Notes: a model not told the origin generated them from the sequence alone. A DNA stretch of 31,302 nt from a virus (IMGVR_UViG_3300022862_000260:1-31302), one strand, 5' to 3'; shown: positions 17,765-25,795, numbered from the stretch's first letter. Translations and numbers: made by a program.

Positions 17765-18517
17765 ATGGCACTGATCACGGACATTCAGAAACTGGAGCCC
17801 GGCGGCGAGATCCGCCTGTTCGAAATTGACGGGACCGAATATGGCGCTGACTACCTGCGCTTCCACGGTCACGCCATCCCGCACACGCCAGAGGAACTGC
17901 TGCTGTACGAACACTCAGAAGATGAGCTGCCAGCGAAGTCGATTTGGTGGCAGGGCGAAGAGTACGCGGCCTGGCCGGTGCAGATTGAGGGAATATCCTC
18001 GAGCAGCGACGGCACAGCCTCCCGGCCAACGTTCGCTGCGGGCAACGTCAATGGGCGGGTAACCGCGTTGTGCCTGGCCTTCGACGACATGTTGAAGTTC
18101 AAGCTGACGGTTCGCGAAACTCTTGCACAGTACTTGGACGCGGAGAACTTCCCAGACGGAAACCCGACTGCGGATCCTACCCAGGAAGCGCTGGAAATCT
18201 GGTACATCGACCAGAAGACCAGCGAGGACGGTGAGGCCGTGATCTGGGAGCTGTCTTCTCCTGGCGAGATCGACAACCACGGACTTCCCGGCCGCCAGAT
18301 GACTACCTTCTGTCACTGGGCTATGACCGGTGGATACAGAGGCCCTGACTGTAACTACACCGGCGCAGCCATGTTCGACGACGAGGACAACCCAACGGAT
18401 GACCCAGCGCTGGACCAGTGCAAGGGCTGCCTCTCGTCCTGCAAATTGCGCTTCGGCGAGAATAACGAACTGTCCTTCGGCGGTTTCCCTGCCGTTTCCC
18501 TGATCGCCCGGAGCTGA
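17765..18517 (+). CDS. Minor tail protein L-like
   Basis: C-terminal C-x..C-x..CKG..SCKLRFG...FGGFP Fe-S Cys pattern of lambda gpL. Confidence 0.92.
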   Translation: MALITDIQKLEPGGEIRLFEIDGTEYGADYLRFHGHAIPHTPEELLLYEHSEDELPAKSIWWQGEEYAAWPVQIEGISSSSDGTASRPTFAAGNVNGRVTALCLAFDDMLKFKLTVRETLAQYLDAENFPDGNPTADPTQEALEIWYIDQKTSEDGEAVIWELSSPGEIDNHGLPGRQMTTFCHWAMTGGYRGPDCNYTGAAMFDDEDNPTDDPALDQCKGCLSSCKLRFGENNELSFGGFPAVSLIARS

Positions 18518-18519
18518 CC

Positions 18520-19293
18520 ATGCGCAAACACATCTTGAGCGCGATCCAGGCGCACGCGGCGGCCGAGTACCCGAAAGAGTGCTGCGGGCTTCTGTTGGCT
18601 GTTGGCCGGAAGCAGCAGTACTTCCCCTGCAAGAACACCGCGACCGAGCCGAACGAGGAATTCCGCATCGATCCCGAGGAATACGCCGCGGCGGAAGACC
18701 TGGGCGAGGTGATAGGCATTGTTCACTCCCACCCGGATGCCACCAGCCGGCCGTCGCCGCGGGACTTGGCGATGTGCGAGGCCACGGAGCTGCCTTGGCA
18801 CATTCTGAGTTGGCCGGAGGGCGATTTGCGGACGGTGGTTCCCACGGGCGAGACGCCTCTGCTCAAACGACCATTCGTCCATGGTGCCTGGGACTGCTGG
18901 CAGGTCTGCGCCGACTGGTACAAGCGCGAGTGGGGTCTGGAGTTCGAGGCATTCAAGCGCGCCGACGGGTGGTGGGAGAGCAAGGATAACGTCAGCCTGT
19001 ACGAGGCGAACTACGAGGCGGCCGGTTTCTACCGGGTCGACCAGCCACAGCGCGGCGATATGGTCGTCATGGAAGTGGGGCGCACTGTTTACCCGAATCA
19101 CGCCGGGATATTCCTCGGTACCGATCCGTCGTTGCCAGATGAGGATGCTGCGACGTTCGGCCCCGGGCCGTTCCTACTGCACCACCTGTACGGCAGGCCT
19201 TCAGAGGTCATTGTCTTCGGCGGGCCCTGGCTCGACCGCACGCGCTTGGTATTGCGTCATCGCGCCGCTCAAACGAGTTCGCCAAGTGCGTAA
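18520..19293 (+). CDS. Tail assembly protein K-like (JAB/MPN + NlpC/P60)
   Basis: E..HSHP..S..D JAB motif; DCW and NHAGI..HH NlpC/P60 motifs. Confidence 0.92.
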   Translation: MRKHILSAIQAHAAAEYPKECCGLLLAVGRKQQYFPCKNTATEPNEEFRIDPEEYAAAEDLGEVIGIVHSHPDATSRPSPRDLAMCEATELPWHILSWPEGDLRTVVPTGETPLLKRPFVHGAWDCWQVCADWYKREWGLEFEAFKRADGWWESKDNVSLYEANYEAAGFYRVDQPQRGDMVVMEVGRTVYPNHAGIFLGTDPSLPDEDAATFGPGPFLLHHLYGRPSEVIVFGGPWLDRTRLVLRHRAAQTSSPSA

Positions 19294-19868
19294 ATTGAGT
19301 ACCCGTTGCTGGTCAAATGATTGATCTGAACTGATCCACCGATGTAGACCCGGTTTGCCGATTTTTGGCTCTCCTGAAGCGCCTGTGCGCGCATGATTTC
19401 GACGGCGCAATCTGGGAACGAGTTGAGGTCAATGGCAGCAGCGTCGACGAGCTGCGGTTTTATTCCCAGACCATAAGCTAACCACTCGGACTTGAAGTTC
19501 GATCCTGACCGGTAACCATAGCCATGAATTTTTCCAGTCTTGTCGGAAAACCCGAAGTGATAAATCGTTGCTGTCTGCTCATGCATAGCGGGGAACTGAG
19601 CATTCAATTCGCGCCAGAGGGATTGAAGCGACTCGGGAGCATGAAGATTGACCGCATCTACATCGAGGGCAAAACCCTGTTCATTCACCAAGCCGATCCA
19701 ACGGTTGAAGAGAGCAGCCGAACCTGTCCCGGCAACAATCATCTTGAGATGAGGAATAGCCAAGGCTTTGCTCGAATATCCGGGAGCGTGCCCGTCGGGA
19801 TAATGTAAAAGCGTGTCTGTTGCGACGATTGCTTCTTTTGCGTCCGTATAAAATAGCAATGACGACAT
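19269..19868 (-). CDS. Proteasome beta-subunit/HslV-like Ntn-hydrolase with N-terminal Ser, 199 aa
   Basis: After Met removal Ser1, Asp17, Lys33 and Gly48 fall at the HslV Thr1/Asp17/Lys33/Gly48 positions; C-terminal IGGSVQINHLTSNG resembles the proteasome GG-beta-strand-G end; RBS AAGGAGG. Confidence 0.7.
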   Translation of the reverse strand: MSSLLFYTDAKEAIVATDTLLHYPDGHAPGYSSKALAIPHLKMIVAGTGSAALFNRWIGLVNEQGFALDVDAVNLHAPESLQSLWRELNAQFPAMHEQTATIYHFGFSDKTGKIHGYGYRSGSNFKSEWLAYGLGIKPQLVDAAAIDLNSFPDCAVEIMRAQALQESQKSANRVYIGGSVQINHLTSNGYSIYALGELV

Positions 19869-19920
19869 GTTGCCTCCTTGGAGCTGGATTTGGGTCAGAG
19901 GCCACTATCCAGATCGGCAC

Positions 19921-19944
19921 GGCGTTACTGGGGATTCGTACAGC
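19921..19944. promoter_or_regulatory. Repeat copy 1 containing LexA-box-like CTGG-N8-ACAG
   Basis: GGCGTTACTGGGGATTCGTACAGC; box at 19928-19943 differs by one base from CTGT-N8-ACAG; 60 nt upstream of the 19868 start. Confidence 0.6.
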
Positions 19945-19948
19945 CGAG

Positions 19949-19971
19949 AAAAAGCCCGACGGACCGGGCTT
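19949..19971 (-). terminator. Intrinsic terminator for the minus-strand two-gene operon
   Basis: Minus strand AAGCCCG-gtccgt-CGGGCTTTTT. Confidence 0.8.
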
Positions 19972-19975
19972 GAGG

Positions 19976-20263
19976 TTATTCGTATGCAGACTCTAGGGTA
20001 CTAAGCTCACCCATCGCCCAGACCCTGTGGGCTTCGGATGAGTGCCCATTGGTTTCGTCAAAGCCAAGCGCGGCAGCAGAGTGCCAGCGCACGCCGATAG
20101 CTTTCTCTTTAGCGTAACTATTGAGGCTTTCGTCATTGTCGAGGTCTTCGACCAAGCCTCGAATGGCAGCAAAGATCGATGCGCGCTCGAAGACTGTCTC
20201 TGCGTTCTTGAGTTCACCCACAAGCATTCGGAGGGCTTCGATGCGGGCTTTGATGTGGCTCAT
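19976..20263 (-). CDS. Hypothetical helical protein, 95 aa
   Basis: ATGA-coupled to upstream 70-aa gene; terminator immediately after stop. Confidence 0.75.
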   Translation of the reverse strand: MSHIKARIEALRMLVGELKNAETVFERASIFAAIRGLVEDLDNDESLNSYAKEKAIGVRWHSAAALGFDETNGHSSEAHRVWAMGELSTLESAYE

Positions 20264-20472
20264 CGGTCGCTCCAGTAAATGATAGTTACCTGAACAGCGG
20301 CCTCTTTGATCTTTCCATCGTCCAGCATCTTGATCGGACGCGAGGGCGTCGTGACATTCACCGACACCAGGTTCTCTTCCGTTACGCCAAACTCTCCAGC
20401 CCGTTCATTGAATTCGCTAAGTATCTCTTGAACGCTCAGCCCGACAGTTTCGATGCTCCTTAACTTCCGCAT
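20260..20472 (-). CDS. Hypothetical small alpha/beta protein, 70 aa
   Basis: RBS AAGGA, TAGTAT -10-like hexamer upstream; 4-nt overlap with next gene. Confidence 0.75.
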   Translation of the reverse strand: MRKLRSIETVGLSVQEILSEFNERAGEFGVTEENLVSVNVTTPSRPIKMLDDGKIKEAAVQVTIIYWSDR

Positions 20473-20606
20473 AAGCTTTTCCTTTTTGTGGTGGTGATAC
20501 TAGGTGAGGGCAAATCGCACTTTACTCCTCAGACCTCTCAGCGCTAACGAAAGCGTCATGCGCAATCCCAGTCCTTGGGCTTGCAGGCGAAGGACTGGGG
20601 AATCCG

Positions 20607-20981
20607 TTAAATGCCGAGGTCCATAGATAACAGTTCCCCCATGAGTGAGCTTGGGGGCTCGCAGCCTGGGTCCAGATGTCGAGCTTGAAGATAGTCTGCG
20701 AAATCGATAGCCAATCTGGCTGCGTTAGCAGGGCGATCATTCTCGACGGGCGCAATCATGTCGAGCATGTCAACGCATCGACTGAACCGGTAAGCAAGCC
20801 GATCAGGACCGGGCAAAGCCTCCACCTCTGGCGCAGAGAGCGCCCGGCGTAGGTTCTCGCGATCTATAAACGATTCCATTTCCAGCATCATCGCGTAACG
20901 AAGATCTCGGACCCACTGCTCATGCGCACTAGGGACAGCTGCAACCTTTCTGATTTTGTCGCCTATCGTTTTCTGCCCCAT
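20607..20981 (-). CDS. Hypothetical protein, 124 aa
   Basis: GGAG-type RBS upstream; lies downstream of repeat copy 2; hairpin right after stop. Confidence 0.6.
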   Translation of the reverse strand: MGQKTIGDKIRKVAAVPSAHEQWVRDLRYAMMLEMESFIDRENLRRALSAPEVEALPGPDRLAYRFSRCVDMLDMIAPVENDRPANAARLAIDFADYLQARHLDPGCEPPSSLMGELLSMDLGI

Positions 20982-21043
20982 TGCTCACTAACTCCGCGTT
21001 CGTCCATGCACTGTGGCTGAACGCTACTACCGATTCGAGGCGG

Positions 21044-21067
21044 GGCGCTACTGGTCATTCGTACAGC
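21044..21067. promoter_or_regulatory. Repeat copy 2 containing LexA-box-like CTGG-N8-ACAG, in divergent promoter region
   Basis: GGCGCTACTGGTCATTCGTACAGC (21/24 identical to copy 1); overlaps -35 of a plus-strand TTCGTA-16-TATCTT promoter with extended TG. Confidence 0.6.
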
Positions 21068-21111
21068 GCAAAACGGTGATATCTTTGGCCATCTTCCACA
21101 GGAGTGACCCC

Positions 21112-21534
21112 ATGAGATTTTTCGTAGGCGCGATAGCTGTTGCTTTGCTGGCAGGGTGTGCGTCATCGGCTATATCGGTGATGGACGCGAAACCGGTTCC
21201 TGTCGATGAGCTTTACGCCTTCCAATCCAAGCCATCCGGCGAAAGCGGAAGGATCACTGTCGTGCGCGATTCCGGCGCGGTAGGGTCGGGTTGTGACATC
21301 GTCGTTTACGTGGATGGGCGAAAGGCTGCAAAAATTGGCACTGGGCAGAGGGCGAGCTTTTACTTGCCGCCGGGCTCGACGAATCTCGGTGCTGGCCTAG
21401 CTGGGTCAGGATTGTGCGCTGGCGCAGCAATCAGGACCATCGCTGCGACGGTGCAGCCTGGAAGGGAAAGCCTGTACCGCATCAGCGGTGATATGGCTGG
21501 TTTCTACATCGGTCCCTACGTCGACTACAACTGA
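21112..21534 (+). CDS. Lipoprotein moron, 140 aa (candidate superinfection exclusion)
   Basis: Signal peptide with lipobox LAGC (MRFFVGAIAVALLAGC); RBS AGGAG; start ATG 21112 in ORF 21013..21534. Confidence 0.85.
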   Translation: MRFFVGAIAVALLAGCASSAISVMDAKPVPVDELYAFQSKPSGESGRITVVRDSGAVGSGCDIVVYVDGRKAAKIGTGQRASFYLPPGSTNLGAGLAGSGLCAGAAIRTIAATVQPGRESLYRISGDMAGFYIGPYVDYN

Positions 21535-21550
21535 ACGAAGAAAAGTCACG

Positions 21551-21573
21551 AAACCGCCTCCGGGCGGTTTTTT
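21551..21573 (+). terminator. Intrinsic terminator
   Basis: AAACCGCC-tccg-GGCGGTTTTTT. Confidence 0.85.
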
Positions 21574-21590
21574 ATGGCCCGGAGAAAGTG

Positions 21591-22184
21591 ATGCAGTCAT
21601 CAGCAATTAATTACCAACCCATGACAACGATCCGCCTGTATGGACAGCTCCGCCAGTTCGGGAAAACCTTCAGGCTTGCGGTGAGGTCGCCGGCCGAGGC
21701 CATCAAAGCACTCTGTGTGCAGATCCCAGGGTTCGAGCGCTTTCTTTCGAACGCAAAGTCGCGCGGCCTTGAGTTCGCGGTCTTCCGCGACAAGCGCAAC
21801 ATCGGCGAAAAAGAGCTTACCTATAACGGCGCTGGGGACATTCGCATAGCGCCTGTGCTAATTGGCAGCAAGCGCGGGGGCATCCTTCAGACGATTGTCG
21901 GTGCGATTCTGATTGTGGCCGGGGTGATCTTCTCGGCAACGCCTTTCGGTGCGCCCCTTATTGGGGCCGGTATCGGCCTCGTCGCCGGCGGCGTCATCCA
22001 GATGCTCAGCCCTCAGGCCAGCGGGCTCAAGACCAGCGCAGCGCCGGAGAACACGCCGAGCTACGCCTTCGGCAGCGCTAAGAACACCACGGCCAGTGGC
22101 AACCCAGCAGCGCTTTGTGCAGGCCGTAGGCGGTGGGGCGGCGCAGTCGTCAGTGCAGCGATCTATGCCGAAGACCAGATGTAA
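21591..22184 (+). CDS. Tail assembly protein I-like (ubiquitin-like fold)
   Basis: TIRLYGQL..FG...AEAIKALC...IRIAPVLIGSKRGG then hydrophobic Gly-rich segment; lambda gpI pattern. Confidence 0.92.
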   Translation: MQSSAINYQPMTTIRLYGQLRQFGKTFRLAVRSPAEAIKALCVQIPGFERFLSNAKSRGLEFAVFRDKRNIGEKELTYNGAGDIRIAPVLIGSKRGGILQTIVGAILIVAGVIFSATPFGAPLIGAGIGLVAGGVIQMLSPQASGLKTSAAPENTPSYAFGSAKNTTASGNPAALCAGRRRWGGAVVSAAIYAEDQM

Positions 22185-22203
22185 CTATCACCTGTGGCAC
22201 CGC

Positions 22204-22226
22204 AACCGCCCGCGAGGCGGTTTTTT
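22204..22226 (+). terminator. Intrinsic terminator-like hairpin between I and J
   Basis: AACCGCC-cgcga-GGCGGTTTTTT. Confidence 0.75.
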
Positions 22227-22243
22227 ATTGCTTGGAGAAAAGT

Positions 22244-25200
22244 ATGGGCGCAGCACAGAAGCACGACATCTATGGCGCCAAGGGCGGATCCGATAAGCCG
22301 AAGACTCCGACCGAGGCGCCAGACAGCCTGCGCTCCGTAGCTATCGCCAAGATGCTGATTGCTGTCGGTGAAGGCGAGTTTGAAGGCACGCCGACCGCCA
22401 AGAACATCTACCTCGACAATACTCCGCTGCAAGACCCCCAGGGCAACATGAACTTCCCGAACGTGAAGTGGGAGTGGCGCACCGGTTCGGTTGATCAGAG
22501 CTATATCCAAGGCATCCCGTCGATCGAGAACGAGACCACAATCAACACCGAGCTGCGCAGCGGAACGCCGTGGATCCGAGCGATCAGCAACACTCAGCTA
22601 TCGGCCGTTCGTGTGCGTTTCGCGTGGCCGGCGCTTCAGTCCGTGGATGCCGGCGGCAATATCAACGGGTACCGCATTGAGTACAAGGTTGAGCTGGCCA
22701 CTGATGGGGGCGCCTATCAGCAGGTGCTGAATGAAGCTGTGGACGGCAAGACCACCAGCGTTTACGAGCGCACCCGCCGAATTGACTTGCCGAAGGCAGC
22801 GTCCGGCTGGTTGATGCGCATCACCCGAATCACGCCCAACCAGAACAACAACAAAATCTCGGACACGATGCAGATCGCCGGTTTTACCGAGGTGATCGAC
22901 GCCAAGCTCCGCTACCCGAATACCGCGCTGCTCTACATCGAGTTTTCGGCCGAGCAGTTCCGCAGTATCCCTGCAGTGACGACTGATTGCGATGGTCGCA
23001 AGTGGCAGGTCCCCAGCAATTACGATCCTCGGTCGCGCAGCTATACCGGTATCTGGGACGGCACCTTTAAGGAGGCGTGGACCGATAACCCGGTCTGGCA
23101 CACCTACGGCATCACGACCAACGATCGCTTCGGCCTCGGCCGACGCATCAAGCCGTGGATGGTCGACAAATGGGAGCTCTACCGAATCTCGCAGTACTGC
23201 GACCAACTGGTACCGAACGGGAAGGGTGGCCAGGAGCCGCGCTTCATCTGCAACCTAAACCTGCAGAGCAAAGCTGACGCCTGGTCGCTGCTGCGCGATA
23301 TCTCGGCGATCTACCGGGGCATGACCTACTGGGCCCAGGGCCAGGTATTCACCCTTTCGGATATGCCGCGCGACACGGACTTCGACTTCGCCTACACACG
23401 AGCGAACGTCATCGATGGCAAGTTCACCTATTCCAGTGCGTCGGAGCGCACCCGTTACACACGGGCTCTGATCAGCTACGACAACCCGCTGAACAACTAC
23501 GACACTGACGTCACGGCGGTGACCGACCAGAAGCTGCAGCGCCGCTACGGCGACAATCCGTTGGAGATCAGTGCGATAGGTTGCGACCGTGAGTCTGAGG
23601 CCCAGCGCCGCGGAAAGTGGGCGCTGCTGACCAACTCCAAAGATCGGGCTGTCACCTTCAAGGTCGGCTTGGACGGGCGTATTCCATTGCCTGGCTACGT
23701 CATCCCTATTGCTGATGAGCTGCTGGCCGGCCGGCCGGTGGGTGGGCGTATCTCGGCGGTCAATGGAAGAGTCATCACGCTGGACCGCGATACCCAGGCC
23801 AAGTCTGGTGATCGACTGATCCTCAACTTACCCGATGGCAAGTGCGAGGGCCGGACCGTGCAATTGGTCAGCGGCCGGCAAGTCACCGTGACGGCTAACT
23901 ATTCCGTAGCGCCAGAGCCTGAACTGGTGTGGGCGCTTGATGCCGATGACCTTGCTATCCCGCTGTACCGCGTGGTGAGCGTTGCCCGTCCAGAGCCAGG
24001 CGTGTTCGAGATATCGGCCGTTCAGTACGATCCGAGCAAGTTTGCTCATATCGACACCGGGGCACGCCTGGAAGAGCGCCCAATCAGCGTAATCCCAATC
24101 ACCGTCGTACCCGCGCCGGCGAGCGTTACGCTCACCTCGAGCTACGCCGTAAACCAGGGCATCGCCATCAGCACCATGAACATCTCGTGGCCTGTTGTCT
24201 CTGGCGCCGTCTCTTACGATGTTGAATGGCGCAAGGATAATGGCAACTGGATAAAGCTGCAGCGCACTGGCTCGACAAGTGTAGACGTCACTGGCATTTA
24301 CTCGGGCGCTTATCTGGCCCGGGTTCGGTCAGTCAGCGCCTTCGAGATTTCGTCGATCTGGAAGAATTCCAACTTGACCAATCTGGAAGGGAAAGTCGGC
24401 CTGCCGCCGGCAGTCACCAGTCTGACCACTGCGTCGCTATTGTTCGGCATTGGGCAAAAATGGACTTTCCCGCCCGGCGCCGAGGACACCCAGCGCACCG
24501 AGATCTGGTATGGGCCGTCGCCCGTGCTGGAGAACGCCACGAAGCTGGCCGACCTGGCTTATCCCCAGAACGACTACAGCATGCAGAGCTTGCTGGCGGG
24601 AGCTACGTTCTTCTTCTGGGCTCGCCTGGTGGATCGGACCGGCAACATCGGCCCCTGGTACCCGGCGGGCAACGGAATCATGGGCCAGGCCAGTTCCGAC
24701 GCTGATCCGATCCTAGATCTGATTACCGGCAAGATCACCGAGACGGAGCTCGGCCAGGATCTGCTGGATGAGATCAACAAGATCCCAGGCCTCCAGAACC
24801 AGATTGATGCGCTCGACGGACTATCAGCCTATAAACCCGGCGAGGGCTACGAGCCTGGCGAGATGGTGGTCGAGGACGGCCGGATCTACCAGGCTAAGGT
24901 CCAAGTTCCCGTCAACACGCCACCACCAAACGCTGACTATTGGCTGGACGTAGGGCAATCGATTGAGTCAGCAAACGGCCTAGCTCAGCAGGTGGCGACC
25001 CACACCGCCGAGATCACCGAACTGGATGGAGAAGTAACGGCTCAAGCGACCGCCTTCCAGGCCCTGCGTGCGGCATGGCGTGAGGATGACGGCCAGGGCG
25101 ACCTGGCTGGCGCGCTAGATCAGTGGGGTAGCACAGCCGCCATCGCCCAGCAGGACAGGGTCACAGCTTCGGAAAACCGGGCAAGTGCGCAGCGGCTCAC

Positions 25201-25795
25201 GGAGCTCACCGCGACGGTGGGCGAGAATCAGGCGAAGGTCACCGATCTTCAGCAAGTAGTCGCCACGGACAAGGAAGCGACGGCGACAGCGATCACTCAA
25301 CTGTTTGCCAAGGCTGGCGAGAACTCAGCAGCCATCCAGCAAACAGCAATCGCCCAAGCCTCAACCGACGGAAAGCTCTCCGCTATCTGGTCGGTGAAGA
25401 TGGAGCTGACTGCCAATGGACAGCCCTACGCGGCTGGCTTCGGCCTGGGGTTGGAAAGCGGACCTTCGGGGACGACCTCTAACTTCGTGGTGAGGGCCGA
25501 CACCTTCGCGGTGATGAATACCAGTACACAGAACCCGGAAGCCTTTTTCTCCGTCACCGGCGGGCAGGCGTTCATTCGAGCCGCATTCATCCAGGACGGG
25601 ACCATCACCAACGCCAAGATTGGCGGCGCGCTACAGTCCACGGACTACATCGCAAACACCCAAGGATGGATGCTCCCCCGTACCGGGCCTTGGCAGTTGA
25701 ACGGCACGAATGGGGCGGGCCGCCTGCAAATCGCCAATACAGCCATCAAGCTCTACCACGCCAATGGCGTGCTGGGCATAGACATAAGCCTTTGA
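22244..25795 (+). CDS. Tip attachment / host specificity protein J-like
   Basis: EAPDSLRS, YPNTAL, AWTDNP, FN3-like repeats, coiled coil, C-terminal FIQDGTITNAKIG; ATG 22244 after GGAG. Confidence 0.95.
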   Translation: MGAAQKHDIYGAKGGSDKPKTPTEAPDSLRSVAIAKMLIAVGEGEFEGTPTAKNIYLDNTPLQDPQGNMNFPNVKWEWRTGSVDQSYIQGIPSIENETTINTELRSGTPWIRAISNTQLSAVRVRFAWPALQSVDAGGNINGYRIEYKVELATDGGAYQQVLNEAVDGKTTSVYERTRRIDLPKAASGWLMRITRITPNQNNNKISDTMQIAGFTEVIDAKLRYPNTALLYIEFSAEQFRSIPAVTTDCDGRKWQVPSNYDPRSRSYTGIWDGTFKEAWTDNPVWHTYGITTNDRFGLGRRIKPWMVDKWELYRISQYCDQLVPNGKGGQEPRFICNLNLQSKADAWSLLRDISAIYRGMTYWAQGQVFTLSDMPRDTDFDFAYTRANVIDGKFTYSSASERTRYTRALISYDNPLNNYDTDVTAVTDQKLQRRYGDNPLEISAIGCDRESEAQRRGKWALLTNSKDRAVTFKVGLDGRIPLPGYVIPIADELLAGRPVGGRISAVNGRVITLDRDTQAKSGDRLILNLPDGKCEGRTVQLVSGRQVTVTANYSVAPEPELVWALDADDLAIPLYRVVSVARPEPGVFEISAVQYDPSKFAHIDTGARLEERPISVIPITVVPAPASVTLTSSYAVNQGIAISTMNISWPVVSGAVSYDVEWRKDNGNWIKLQRTGSTSVDVTGIYSGAYLARVRSVSAFEISSIWKNSNLTNLEGKVGLPPAVTSLTTASLLFGIGQKWTFPPGAEDTQRTEIWYGPSPVLENATKLADLAYPQNDYSMQSLLAGATFFFWARLVDRTGNIGPWYPAGNGIMGQASSDADPILDLITGKITETELGQDLLDEINKIPGLQNQIDALDGLSAYKPGEGYEPGEMVVEDGRIYQAKVQVPVNTPPPNADYWLDVGQSIESANGLAQQVATHTAEITELDGEVTAQATAFQALRAAWREDDGQGDLAGALDQWGSTAAIAQQDRVTASENRASAQRLTELTATVGENQAKVTDLQQVVATDKEATATAITQLFAKAGENSAAIQQTAIAQASTDGKLSAIWSVKMELTANGQPYAAGFGLGLESGPSGTTSNFVVRADTFAVMNTSTQNPEAFFSVTGGQAFIRAAFIQDGTITNAKIGGALQSTDYIANTQGWMLPRTGPWQLNGTNGAGRLQIANTAIKLYHANGVLGIDISL

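Noticed and set aside
20522-20755. 77-aa minus ORF as a frameshifted continuation of the 124-aa gene
   Set aside because: It overlaps the 124-aa ORF in another frame, runs through the hairpin, and has no RBS or slippery site
19921-21067. CRISPR array or integron attC sites
   Set aside because: Only two good copies 1.1 kb apart, no regular spacers, no GTTRRRY/RYYYAAC cores, no cas or intI gene
18520-22184. K (JAB) plus I (ubiquitin-like) as a bacterial ubiquitination defence system
   Set aside because: These are standard lambdoid tail assembly genes in canonical L-K-I-J order and no E1/E2 genes are present
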